Shown: in pieces, positions 35,030-48,019 of the stretch | Layout of the letters: each line of letters starts with the position of its first letter | Position numbering within the stretch: position 1 is the first letter of the stretch | DNA from: Octopus bimaculoides | Taxonomy: Eukaryota | Direction of reading: 5' to 3' | Assembly: GCF_001194135.2 (NCBI RefSeq) | Contig: NC_068982.1 | Span: 192,245,135-192,309,134, forward strand | Length of the DNA stretch: 64,000 bases | Program-made: the position numbers and the translations under genes | Notes under the pieces: model-generated | Databases searched by the model: none | Told to the model about the DNA's origin: nothing | The model's input: only the letters and a program-made list of their open reading frames with translations

Positions 35030-35125
35030 AGTAGAAGAGCTTTATCCAAGGTGCCACGCCAAGGTACTGAAACAGAAACCATATGGATGGGAAGCAAACT
35101 CCTTAAGCACAGAATCATGCCTCAT
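35030..35125 (-). mobile_element. tRNA SINE head (CORE-like family)
   Basis: Reverse-complement similarity to 20483-20580 (TCCAAGGTGCCACG). Confidence 0.55.
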
Positions 35126-35459
35126 CTTGAACAAAACGGTAATGAGAAGCAGGCCAACCTAACAACGTATCATAGCAAAGAAAAAAGAAAAAAAGACCCC
35201 AAACAATTTCACAACTTTATAAGATAGACACACAATTTACTTCTCTAGTTGAGGTCAATAACCTATAGAAGACTGTAGCAGAAGGAATAGCAAAACAGGT
35301 TAAACTGAGGTAAACTGAGAATGGACAGATAAATATCTTGGTGGAAAAGAGCGAGGGGGGGGGGTGAGTCAAGTTTAGTTCCTTAAAGAAAGGGATACTA
35401 AAGAAACAGTAGAAAGAGAATATAATGTGAAGAAGGGGAAAAAAGAAGATTAAATGCTG

Positions 35460-36090
35460 TTAATGAAGAAATGAAGCAAAGAATGACAGCAAATGGAGCC
35501 AAAATAAAACAATATAAGTACAGAATAGACCAGTTTCAGCAAAATTATTTGAAGAATTGGAGAAAGAAAATGCAAAAAAAAGTATTAAGTTTCTGTGGAA
35601 GTTTTCTGTTGATGTCAGGATCTTGTGGGTTTTAATGTCTATGGAGTGTAATTCCTCTACAGACCAGTCAAATATTCCAAATGTGGATAACAGCATTAGG
35701 TACTGCAAATGCATTGTGGGATATTGTCTGGTTGAAAGTGATGCGTGCCAACTGCTACATTTTTCTAAGTTTGATGTTATATTCTTGGGTCCTCTTTCTT
35801 TATTCATAGCATCTTCATATGTTGTTTTCATGAATGCCTAGGTATTGGTAGCATTCTTTGTGTGGAACAAGAGAGAGAGAGAGAGATACCAACAGTGCAC
35901 AGGTTTGGGGCTTGGGGGACTGATTTTCAACATTCAACAAATGTGAAGATTTCTCTTGACCAAATTCCAGTCTTATGTCAACTGAAAATGTTGTAATTAA
36001 CTCCAGCTGTTTTTTTGGCATCATTAACAGTCTTAGCATAAATCTTCAGGTCATCCACAAAGAAGTTATGGATTACATTGGTATCTCTAA
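35460..36090 (-). mobile_element. R4/Dong-like (RLE) non-LTR retrotransposon RT fragment, decayed
   Basis: HNFFVDDLKIYAK, TTFSVDIRLEFG, YQYLGI, DWSVEELHSIDIKTHKIL. Confidence 0.75.
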
Positions 36091-36564
36091 TAGTGGTAGA
36101 CCCCAGCATGAATGTATGCTTGTTTGTGTGTGTGTGTGTGTCTAATAGTGTGTATGTTAATATATTACATATATTTGTGAGAATGTGCGTAATGGTGTAT
36201 ATATTAACAACTATATTATGCATGTGTAATGCTTACATGTAAAGGTAAGAGAGAGAGAGAGAAATAGAAAGAAATCAGACGAAAATCAAACAGATTTCAA
36301 GAGAAAAAAAGTCAACATCATAGAATGGTCAGCAGAGAATAATAATTCATAAGAATCAAATAATTTTCCAGGGTCATTGTTGATATAGAACCAACAAATT
36401 CAGATAAGGCTAAAATCTTCACAAAATCCTGTCCAAATATTGAGAATATTTAAGGAGGAAATATCTTCTGCAATGTTCTCAACTTGGTACATATTCTTCA
36501 AGATTCAATAGAATATATCCAGCTGTATGAGAAAACCAGTTTAACAATCAATATTTTGGGAAAA

Positions 36565-36770
36565 GTGGCAAGCTAGCAGAATTTGTTCACCGGGCAGAAT
36601 GCTTTCCAACTTTACATTGTGAGTTCAAATTCTGCCAAGGTCAATTTTGCCTTTCATCCTTTTGGGGTCGTTAAAATAAGTACCAGTTGAACATTGGGTT
36701 TGATCTAATTGATTTACACTCTCTCCCTCCAAATCGCTGGCCCTGTGCCAGAATTTGAAATCAATATTTC
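36565..36770 (+). mobile_element. tRNA-related SINE with Nin/Deu-like central motif
   Basis: GAGTTCAAATTC B box, then GCCTTTCATCCTTTTGGGGTCGTTAAAATAAGTACCAG; sister copy at 55700-55947. Domain name is from memory. Confidence 0.6.
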
Positions 36771-37609
36771 AGGATAGTGTCAAACCAAAGAGAAACAGCA
36801 GGTAATGCAACAAGATTTTCAGTCTTTGTATAAGCCATTTCTGTTTACTAATGCTGCTACAGACAATCCTGGAGATGGCATGAATACCACAACTGCAGCC
36901 ATCTGATAATAAGGGGGCCTTTCTGTGGTTGATTAATCTGCTAGAAATAGCAACAAAATCTCAGATCACACCATCTTATAAAAAAAAAAAGGAAGGACAC
37001 ATTGGGCAATGCAGCACCTGATTTATAAAAAGATGAAATGATCATGATTAGAACGTCTTTGACCATAGGTCTTCCTGATCAGGACTGAACAATTGACTCT
37101 TCATATCGAAAATTCAAACCAATGTTTAGAGATTTTCAGCAAAAACTTATTTTTCTTTAATATTGGCTTTTTTTTTTTTTTTGAGTCAGTGGTCGGCCAA
37201 TTTTTATAGGGGACAGTTACTTATTTTAGTGACCCCTTCTGAGGAATTATATAAAAAATATCTAATTGCACAATTAGATGGTAAAAAAAATAAAATATTG
37301 TAATAAGTGTTTCCCTTTCGTGACTTTTTGGTTTTGCTAGTTTGAAAAATTTAAACAATTTCCACAATTTAAATCTTTCAACCATCTCTGAGCCAATCTC
37401 CAAGCCTATCTCCACTCTGTTAACACAGAAGTTTCTCCATTAATAAAAACCATGTCCATCTAATTCCATCTAACTTCCTTTTCATCTTCCTTGGGATTAA
37501 AGCTTTTCTTTCTCAACTAGATTAGCCACAACTCATCCTAAATGGTTTCTCTTTGCGTCAGAAAGGAATGGAAGGAATGTTTAGTGTGAGTTATGGGAAA
37601 AAAAACTGG

Positions 37610-37878
37610 CATTCTGTCAGTTAGAATGATGAGTGATCAACAGCCTGCTTGTGAAATGAACGTGCATGTGGCTGAGTACTTCGCAGACATGCGTAACCCT
37701 TAACATAGTTTTCAGGGAGATTCAATGTGACAAGGCTGGCCCTAAGCATTTTTGCCAAAGTTGACTGGAGCAATGTGAAATAAAGTGTCTTGCTCAAAGA
37801 CATAATGCACCACCAGGTACTGAACTCACAACCCTACTTTCATCAGTTGAATACCCTAACCACTGAGCCATGTGCTAA
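37610..37878 (-). mobile_element. tRNA-headed SINE (another family)
   Basis: Plus strand CCTAACCACTGAGCCA (A box), GAACTCACAACC (B box), GTGTCTTGCTCAAAGACA. Confidence 0.65.
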
Positions 37879-38479
37879 TTCTACTACAGTGCTCACCCAA
37901 AGCCTTATTTCCCCTCCAATTATGAATCTATAGCTTGAAACAAGTGCACTAGCACACCTAGTTACCCAAATTCACAATCTCTAGTCTAGAAGAGGCAAAA
38001 AGTCGAGTGTGAACCATGTCCCATTGTCGGAAGTCAACACAAACACTTCTTTGAGACAGAAACCATCCGGATTACCTCCCTTTATACTAATGGGGAAAGT
38101 TTTCTTTCTTTTCTGCTAATACTTGTATTTCGACATAGTTGTTCCAAACTCAACCAGAAGGAAGAAGAAAGATGTCATTTAAAATGACCTACTTTCAAAC
38201 ACAGACCCTACCCTATTGAGTGGCCTCTGTATTTATTTAATAGTTTCAAGCAATAATTACTAAACCAGCCCCACCCCTTTTATCCATAAACTCTTTCTTT
38301 TCCCTTTCTCCCCCCCCCCCCATTAAAAGATTATCATCAACAATGACAAGCTCCCCTGCAGTATGGGAAATGTTACAATAAAATCTAAAACTCTACTAAT
38401 TTATATAACAATGTATTTTTAAAAATTATATTTAAAAAATTTTAATTAATTTTACAAAATTGATGAGTTTATTCAATGA

Positions 38480-38625
38480 TGTCAGATTTTCCAGCTGTAG
38501 AAACTCTGCCAGATCAGATTGGAGCCTGGTGCAGCCATCCGGTTCACCAGTCCTCAGTCAAATCATCCAACCCATGCTAGCATGGAAAGCGGATGTTAAA
38601 CGATGATGATGATGATGATGATGGT
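38480..38625 (+). mobile_element. Short 3'-end copy of the GAT-tailed RTE family
   Basis: CCAGCTGTAGAAACTCTGCC...GTTAAACGATGATGAT. Confidence 0.8.
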
Positions 38626-39559
38626 GGTGGTAATTGTTGTTAAGTCTTGCTGGAAGTTTATTTGCAGCTCTACACAATCCACAACCAACAACAACAAAAC
38701 AATTATGCAATCACTACTCAACATGCTAGAAACAGCAGCTAAATTTCCTTTGTATTATTCACTACTATTTTTAAAACGGGAAGAACTCACCAGGTACATA
38801 TAGCCCTAAATACACTGGGTGGCCATATGTGGACTACCTTCAATTATAGATGATTGAAGGTATACTCGATCAAATCTGACCTGAGGCTAAATGACAACAA
38901 ATCATTTGCACACAAAAGAGGAGACACATCCCAGCTGTAAGTAAGATGAAAGTGATGAGAGAGAGGCATGGCTGTATGTGTAGATGAAAGAACACACACA
39001 CCAAGTCAATGGCAAAAAAGTGATGAGGAAGACCACTGCTGCTACTGTTAATGAATCAGATGCACCAGTGATTAGTCCAGGGTGATATTGGTGTTGGGTG
39101 TAACCATCAGTGAAATGAAACTGCTTTCTTTTTAGGTGGCAGGCTTGTATTATCTGGGAAAGAAAATGGGTTTTAGTGTCCCAAGTAATTATCGAGTCTT
39201 TTATAAGCTAACAAAAGCCCCTTTGTTTTGTCTTTCCACATTGCCTGTGCATAAAGTAACAGTGAATGCCGCATAAAGTGAAACTGGTATGGAGCTTTCT
39301 GAAAGACACGTATAGCTTTTGCAGGTGAAAGCAAAACTCTTATTTAAAGATTGGATCTTTGGGACAAATCATATGCGATAGTTCAAAAAAGGCTAGAAGC
39401 TCAATGCTAAAATGTATTTGAAACAATGGAGAACAGTCGAAATATCATAATGGATGGGTAAATAAGCATCCTTAAAGTGAAAAAAAGCATTGGTGGGGCA
39501 TCAACAAATAGAAGAGAGGGAAGGGAACATCACCTTTCAAGTAACTCGGAATAGGTAAA

Positions 39560-40280
39560 GGTAAGCTTGCCAAAGTTTAATGCAGATTGTTTGGTATTGG
39601 ACAGTCATCGCTTACAGTGTTCCTAGTTAATTTAATCACAGTCACAGGTGGACAGTCAAAATAAATAGACAAAATCCTTTCACTTTTATAATATTCTCTA
39701 ACCAAAACTCAAACAATACACAGCAATACACAATTACAACATATAAATAAATAATAAATCAAAAAAAGTGATAACCACTAAAAAAATATTCTCTAATGCT
39801 AAAAAAAGTATGGAAGACCCTACATACAAAAAACTATGTATAATGAATATGGAAAATCTTTTAAATTAACAAACATTTATTTACATGAGAGAAAATTACC
39901 AGAAACATAACACATGTGCTAAAAATAACAGCTAAATAAGAATATTTGGAGAAATCTTTTAAATTAACATAAACATTTATTTACGTGAAAACAAAATGAC
40001 AGCTTTTAAATCTTGTTTCCTGACTGGGTCACCACACAGGTGAACAGTCAAAGTAAATAAATAGACAAAATCCTTTTACTTTTATAAAAAGATTAAAAAA
40101 GTATGGAAGACTCTACATACAAAAAAACTATGTCCATTTACGTGGGAGTTCTGGGCAAAATGTTATAGTGCATGACCATCCTTGGGACATAAGTAATGTA
40201 GATGTAAAGTTTGGAGAAAATCAGTTGAGAATTGTGGAAATGTATGCATTAGTCATTATACACACACACACACACATACT
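39560..40280 (+). mobile_element. Possible Helitron/Helentron-type non-autonomous element with internal duplications
   Basis: 3' part AAGTTTGGAGAAAATCAGTTGAG...(AC)n...TTTATATATATGAGAT resembles HINE-like ends; internal direct duplications. Confidence 0.3.
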
Positions 40281-40629
40281 GTGATTTATATATATGAGAT
40301 GATAATGTATTCTTCAAAGAATGGGAAAATTATCTAAATACAAAGTGGAGAAATTAGAGATAATCCATTTGAAAATAGAACACATCCTTTTATTAATTGG
40401 TATCTTGTGAATAACTACAATGAAACCAAACCTTAACTGAAAGCCTAGAATTTCCAAATACATGCAACCAACAGAAAGTGACACTGCTAGGTACCACATA
40501 TATGTAGAACACTTTGAACATCACAGAAGCAATAAAAACCAAAGCAAAACACTGCACATAGAGTTACACTTGGTAGTGCAGTAAAAGGATGCCATAACAA
40601 CAACAATAATGGTCTCAAATTCTAACTGG

Positions 40630-40830
40630 GCCCCACTTGCAAAGCCATGCGCTGTTTATCTTGATGAGATCACCATGTTGCACACATATGGTTGTGATGC
40701 ATGTGCCTGGTGTACCCTTATCAGACGGGTAGTCATGATGGGTATACTGGGCTTTGTCTATTTTACCCCAGTGTCACTTTGATGACATGTGCTGCTCTTT
40801 CACTCAATAATAATAATAATAATAATAACT
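40630..40830 (+). mobile_element. SINE 3' half with (AAT)n tail
   Basis: GC-richer repeat-like body ending CACTCAATAATAATAAT. Confidence 0.45.
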
Positions 40831-41762
40831 CATGCCAGTATGGAAGACAGGCATTAAATGATGATGATGATTTGAATTCTTTGTCTAAACTCAGTATCGA
40901 TGTGTGTGTGTACTCTACCAATGTATAAAGTGAGTTTCTCTGCCCTAGGTGTCAGGAAGACACTTGGCAAAAAATGGAAACAAAATTGAAAGAAAGTGAT
41001 AATGATAATAATAATTTCCTCGATTCAATAAGCTACATTAACTATCACATGATATGATTTCTATATAAAAACACAACATTTCTAATCAATGACGTCTAAT
41101 CAATAAATGTTGATAAACTTTAATCTTGAATTGAATAACTGATAACAAATTATAGTGATGGTGGTAGTGTTGAGGATTATAGTGATGATGATGATGGTAG
41201 CAGCAATGGTGCGGTGACTATGTTGATGCTAGGAGTGATGATGATGGTGCTAGTGGTGGTGGTGGTGGTAGAGATGTTTGTGCTGGATAGTGGTGAGTGA
41301 TGATGGTGGTGATGGTGAATATGTTCACTGTGAAGGTAGTGATAATGATGAGGATGATGATGATGGTGGTGGTGGTGGTGGTGATGGTGATATCCTTCAT
41401 TTTTTAAGATGGCAGTGTTATTTGTGGGCTATTTGGCTATTATTATTGGCAGCTCATATTGATTTGCATTACTTGACATTTGTCACTTGCAATATTTTCT
41501 CCATGTTCACACTTAAACCCCATCTCCAATCCAACCCCCACCCTAATTACATTTAAATAAATTAACAAACGCAATTTCCTGAAGGTGAACTACACACACA
41601 CACACACATCTCCTTAAGTGTCTTTAGAAATGATGTCAAGATTCATCCCAGATCTCATTCTAACCCCCACCACTTTACTTCATGTTTCCCCATCAGAAGT
41701 TGTACAACAACCCTAACAATCACACTAAACTGGGAGGATTTGCTAAAGTTGGGGACACCTCC

Positions 41763-41981
41763 TTAACCCTTTTGCTACCGTATTTACTTTGAGATGCTCT
41801 GTGTTTCTTTCAATTAATTTTAAATATAACAAAGAATTTAGCAAAATAACTTCGTTATCATTAAGCTGGTGTTAGGAACATAAATTGCGACTAAGATTTG
41901 GTGGAAGATTTTAATTAAAAACTTATGAAAACAAGACATTTGTAAGCCAGAGGCAGTTTCAGCCGGTATTGAAAGGGTTAA
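41763..41981. mobile_element. piggyBac-type MITE (211 bp) with TTAA target duplication
   Basis: TTAA|CCCTTT (41763-41772) ... AAAGGG|TTAA (41972-41981). Confidence 0.75.
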
Positions 41982-42830
41982 AGACTAATTCTTCTAAGTC
42001 TCTGGCAAAGAAATGCATTTTATTCTTTAGCAAGTATCAGCTGAAATGTTTTTGAGGGCAGCGACATTTGATGAAATAAATCCTATTTTACAAATGAAAA
42101 TGAAAATATCTCCACTGCTGTCACTATATTAGAGTAGAACCACACATATTTGTCCAACCAGTGATCCCTCTCCCTCTCCTTGGAACCATTTCTCTCCTGT
42201 ACCACCAGCTGTCTTTCCCTTGAGCTACATCTTAGGACATCCTTTCATATCTACCATCAATGGCCCCCAACTTTTGTTTGTCTCTAAACCAACTCCCACA
42301 CACCTCTCACCTCCGTCTCTCTCTCACCTCCATCTCTCTCTCACCTCCGCCTCTCTCTCACCTCCGTCTCTCTCTTTCAATTCTTCTCTCCACACATAAT
42401 CTCTCTTTTTCTCATCTGTTTACAGTTTTATTATACTTCACCTCTCACCCCCTTCCTTCCTTCCTTCCTTCCTCACCTTGCTCTCTCTCTCTCTCTCAAA
42501 CTCATATTTCCCATTGACTCTACCCATATTTCACCTCTACTCCCCTCTCACACTCTTCTAAACTTATCCCCTCACCCCTTTCTCCATATCCTCTCTCTCT
42601 GGTACTCACTTTATTGAACTTTGAGAGTACACTCTGACACTTCATCTTCTTTCCACCTACTCCCACCCACCCTTATATAAAACAGGGTAGCCATATCTAT
42701 CCTGTAAAGCAAGACACCTATCTCCTGTCCCCCCTGTCGTACTTTAACCTCTCAAAGGCTGGCATAAAACCACCTCCTCCTCCTCAACTACACTCCCCCA
42801 TAGTTGAAGGTTTTTTTCTTTATCTTACAA

Positions 42831-42843
42831 GTTGCTAGGCAAC
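42831..42843. promoter_or_regulatory. RFX X-box motif
   Basis: GTTGCTAGGCAAC matches the GTNRCN(0-3)RGYAAC-type consensus. Confidence 0.4.
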
Positions 42844-44395
42844 GGAAACATCACCCAGTTCACTCTGTAAAATGATTAGTATTGGGAGGGGGGGGTACTT
42901 GACCCTAAAAACCAAAACAGAGAGTAGGGCTCAAGGCAGACCTCTGGGGCCTATTGGATGCTGTCAAACCATCCAACGCAAGCCAGCAATGGAAGACGGG
43001 CATTAAAAGATGGTGATGATGATGATGATGGTTTGAATTCTTTGTTTAAATCCAACATGGCTATGAAATATGAAAGATAAGTGTCACTGAAACACAGCGG
43101 AGACAGTGGTGGGGGCTGTAAGGGTTCAGAGGCTGTAAAGGTCCAGGGGCTGTAAGGAGTTAGGAACATTTAACATCAAGTAGCTGAGAATAAACACCCC
43201 CACATCCTCCCTCTCTCTCTCTCTCTCTCTCCTTCTCCCCCCCCTCTCTCTCTTTCACCTTGTCTGTTTAAAGCTAACATCTCCTCGGATGACTCTGACT
43301 CGGGATACATTGTTTCTAATAAAAACACAGCCAAAAGTAAATCTAGGCTGTTCCCACAACAGAATTGAATTCAACCTTAATGTACATCTGGTATTTTATT
43401 CATCGGCCCCAGGAGAGGGACAGAAAACAAAGTCAGTTCAACTACTTCCAGTTTGCTGCCATTTGTTCATTAAAAAATTAATTTCATTTCCATTTTAGGT
43501 TTGACAAAAATATAATGAAACAACTTTTCTGTTGTCTTTATTTCATGTTAGGTTGATGAGTCTCTTAAATTGATTCACCAACAAAATTAAACTGGAAAAT
43601 ATTAAAAAAATTTTTCTTGTTTTTTGTTTGTTTTTATATTTCTTAAAGTTTTATTTATTTTGTTACTATAATTTCTAGAAACTTCTACTGTGAAACAAAT
43701 TAGACATTTCACTCATATTTTTTTAATTGTTTTTTAAAATAAATTTCAGTTTTTACAATCAACTTATAGCTTTTAGAATATAGATTAATTCTTACAGACA
43801 TTATAATCATCATCACCGTCACTAGCAACATCATAACTTAGTATTTTATAAACAATTTCACCAAATACAATTTAATATACACTGTTGATTTTTTATCCTT
43901 TTTTAGCCTGTATGTAAAAATACTTGATGGCAAAACAATTCTTCTCTGCTTCTCTTTCTCACATTAAGTCTTGGCAGTCCATCGATCTCTGATGAAGACG
44001 TAGTGTGTGGTGGGAACGCATGCGGCTCTGCGGTCCAAAGTATAGAGTAACAAATACATAAAGTATCAAAACTTGATACTCATCCACATAGTTTATCAAA
44101 CATAGCAATTCTGAATCTAGGGTCTGAAAGAAAGCCGTGAGGTTAAGATGCTGGGTTACTCGTAACCCATCTGTGACTTGAAATTACTCATTTTGTTGTG
44201 ACTGGGCAAGGGACATAACTCTGCCTCATCTAGTCTCCATGACTTGCAAACAAAGCAAGTTCAGATCTGAAATAAATGGTTTCAACAGAAAACAATAGCG
44301 TCAAAACATAGATGTAGTTGGAGAAATAACAGGGCAGAACCTGGCTGACAACGTGTTTTACTCCTACACCACCAGATAAGGGATTGGGGATCTGG

Positions 44396-46050
44396 TCCCT
44401 TATCTGGTGGTCAATGCAGAAACAAGGGATGGATGAGTGATTGGTGAGAGCTGTACAAGCCATGTACAGGGATGCTGTCAGTAAGGTGAGGGTTGGCAAT
44501 GAGTATAGTCAAGAATTCCAGGTAGAAGTAGGGGTTCAACAAGGATCAGTCCTCTGCCCCCTTTTATTCATCAAAGTCCTCCAGGCAATAACAGAGGAAT
44601 TCAAGACGGGCTGCTCCTGGGAACTCTTCTATGCTGATGACCTTGCTCTAACAGTTGAGTCACTACCAGAACTACAAGAAAATTTTCAGGCGTGGAAGCA
44701 AGGTCTAGAATCAAAGGGCTTTAGAGTGAATCTAGCAAAACCAAAGTCCTAGTAAGTAGGAAAGCAGACAAATCACAAATCCTTTCAAGTAGATGGCCCT
44801 GCTCAATCTGTAGGAAAGGTGTAAGTAGAAATTCCATAAGATGCACCAAGTGTAAGCTTTGGACACATACAAGGTGCAGCAATATCAAAGGAAGGTTAAC
44901 TGGGAAAATAGTTTTTGTGTGTGGCAGATGCACTGGGGCAATAAACATCAAAGATGTACAGAAAACAGATTCCATCAGATGCCAGGGGAAAAACTAGAAA
45001 TAGTTGATAGCTTCTGTTACCTAGGTGACCAAGTCTGTAGCGGGGGTGGTTGCACTGAAAGTGTAGCAACTAGAGTAAGAATAGCCTGGGCAAAGTTCAG
45101 GGAGTTCCTACCTCTGCTAGCAACTAAAGGCCTCTTGCTCAGGATGAAAGGTAGACTGTATGATGCATGTGTGCGAACTGCCATGCTACACGGCAGTGAA
45201 ACATGGGCCGTGACTGTGGAGGACATGCGTAGGCTGGAAAGAAATGAAGCTGGCGTGATCCGCTGGATGTATAATGTCAGTGTGCACACACGAGAGAGTG
45301 TAAGTGCCCTGAGAGAAAAGTTGGGTATAAGAAGCATCGGATGTGGCATGCAAGAGAGACATTTGTGTTGGTATGGTCATGTACTATGGATGGACGCGGA
45401 GAGCTGTGTGAAGAAGTGCTACTCCCAAACAGTGGAAGGAATCCGGGGTAGAGGTAGACCCAGGAAGACATGGGATGAGGTGGTGAAGCATGACCTTCAA
45501 ATTTTGGGCCTCAGAGAGGCAATGACGATAGACCAAGATGTCTGGAGATATGCTGTGACTGCAAAGACCCGGCAAATAAAGTGAGTTTACAGCTGTAACC
45601 TACACCAGTGTTGCATAACCAGCCCCAGCCCACTCAAAAGTACCTTGAATCGTAGGGCAACATGCTGTGCTTGAAGAGACCTATTGAGTCAAGAACATCA
45701 ACATCAAATGGAAATTGTAGTTGTGATCCCTCTGCTGGTGGCACATAAAAAGCACCATCCAAACATGGCAGATGCCAGCACCGCCTTGACTGGCTTCCGT
45801 GCCAGTGACACGTAAAAAGCACCAACTGATCGTGGTCATTGCCAGCCTCCTCTGGCCCCTGTGCTGATGGCACGTAAAAAGCACCTACTACACTCTGAGT
45901 GGTTGGCGTTAGGAAGGGCATCCAGCTGTAGAAACATTGCCAGATCAGACTGGAGCCTGGTGCAGCCTCCTGGCTTCCCAGACCCCAGTCAAACCATCCA
46001 ACCCATGCCAGCATGGAAAATGGACATTAAATGATGATGATGATGATGAT
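44396..46050 (+). mobile_element. RTE LINE, 5'-truncated within RT, with 3' UTR and GAT tail
   Basis: GVQQGSVLCPLLF...ELFYADDL (ORF 44441-44752); FCYLGD...AMLHGSETW...GRGRPRKTW (44859-45584); tail 46030-46050. Confidence 0.93.
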
Positions 46051-46779
46051 GAATTGTATGGGGGATAATAAGGAAAAGACAATAATAATGAAGAGAAAAA
46101 ATGAATGACAGGGGATTATATGTGGAATGATAAAGGGAGTGAGAGGATTAAGTGAGGAGAAAAATATGAGAAAAAACGGGTAAGATGATAGGAAGACAAA
46201 AAGGAGTGTAACAGGATTATTATGATGAAAAGACATAAAGTGAAATGGGAATATAATAGAAAAAAAAAAGGGCAGAATTATGAGGAAAATATGTGAAGGT
46301 AAAAGACAGACAATGGTGGGAGGGGTGGGAGGGGTGGGAGGCTAGATGGACTTGCATTAAAATTGTATATTTTAAATTTGACACATCTGGCCAAGAATGT
46401 AAGACCAGCTGAGCAACTGCACGTGTGCATGTGTGTGTGTAAGTGCACGATTTTCTTGTATGTGTGTGATATTTACATGTTTGTGTGTCAATGTGTATTT
46501 TTGTTTATGTGTAAATGAATGTGTGTATGAGAGAGAAAGCAAGAGGGAGAGAGAGAGTGTGTGTGTGTGTATGTGTCTGTGAGGTTCAATGCAAGTGTGT
46601 GCATGTGTACACACGTGTTTTGTGATTATAAAATATAGAGAGATGATAATACATAATCATGTGAGGTTGTGTGTGTGTTTGATACACACACATATATACT
46701 GTAAGTGTGTGACTTGTTTGTCTGAATGAGCATGTGAGTGTGTATGCATGTGTGAAACTGTGTGTGTGTGTGAAACTGT

Positions 46780-46825
<46 letters not shown>

Positions 46826-46964
46826 GTGCATCAATAAGCACATACATGCTGTATATTGAAATCCATGTGTGTGTTTGTATACATTTGTATGTGTCTCTGA
46901 GTAACTATTGTGAGATTGTGTGTGTGTACATGTTGTCTATGACTCATGTATGAATGTATATATC

Positions 46965-46969
<5 letters not shown>

Positions 46970-47035
<66 letters not shown>
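46970..47035 (+). repeat. (TG)n microsatellite (one of many TG/CA, CT, AAT, GAT and GACA tracts)
   Basis: Direct reading; others at 13185-13260, 23588-23630, 52100-52220, 53005-53240 and 57185-57237. Confidence 0.97.
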
Positions 47036-47037
<2 letters not shown>

Positions 47038-48019
47038 GCTTTTGAACTCTGTTTATAATGGTAAATGTCTGATGTAATGAGGGTAACAGTGTGTCACCAA
47101 ACTTAATAGTAGTAGTAGTAGTAGTAGTAGAAGTAGTAGCAGCAGCAGTAGCAGCAGCTAGTTAGATTGATGTCACAGTTGCAGAGAATAGGCAGAGCAA
47201 TTCTGACAACTGCAGACTTTACTGATTGCTTCACTCTGCAGGTAGACTTGTTGCAGTCCATTGCTGCACAATACACAGTAAAACATCTGCAAGTCTGTCG
47301 CAATTGCATTGATAATTCTTTCAGCAAGTTTACTTGACCAATCACTGATTCCACCACCACCACAAGAAAACCATACCAATGCAGCTCTTCCTACTTTTCC
47401 ACACAAAATCACTGATTATACATCTGGTTTAACACACACACACACACACGTCTACTCAACACACAGGAACTAGTGGTGCTCTGTTACACTGTGTTCTCTC
47501 CACTGCATCGTTTGCTGACATTACAATGGCCTCTGCTCTTCTGAAACTGCTGGCCCCTACCCAAACCCATTCAATACCCCCTTCTCCTTTTCTCTTCTCT
47601 CCATATTGTCTACGTCTCTATTCCTGGTCCCATACTGACTACACATCAGAGACCTCGTCATTGTGAAACTTGTGTAAGGGCTACAAAACTGTTCCCCCCC
47701 TTCATCCCACTATCTTCCTAGGACTCCACAATTATTCTTGTTCCTAAGACTACAAAGTACTAGAAAGGAAATTCCATCACTGACACCACCACCACCACCC
47801 CCCACACACACACACTTCTTTGCCTTTCTCTCACCAAATAATACTAAGATGATTCTCCAATGTTCTAATGTTCCTGAAACCAGACAATTAGTCTTCTATT
47901 CAAAAGAATATCCCAGCACTTATTCTAACCTTACTCTAAGGAAGCTGAAAATGAGCCTAAGCCCTAGCCTCTCTCTAATCAGCAGAGATTTAATCAAGAT
48001 TTGTCAAGAGTACTGGACT

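Noticed and set aside
43985-44030. CTGATGA motif (also at 12510)
   Set aside because: No GAAA box or stems follow.
47173-47412. Cys-containing 79-aa minus ORF
   Set aside because: No recognisable family or convincing splice sites; flanked by simple repeats.
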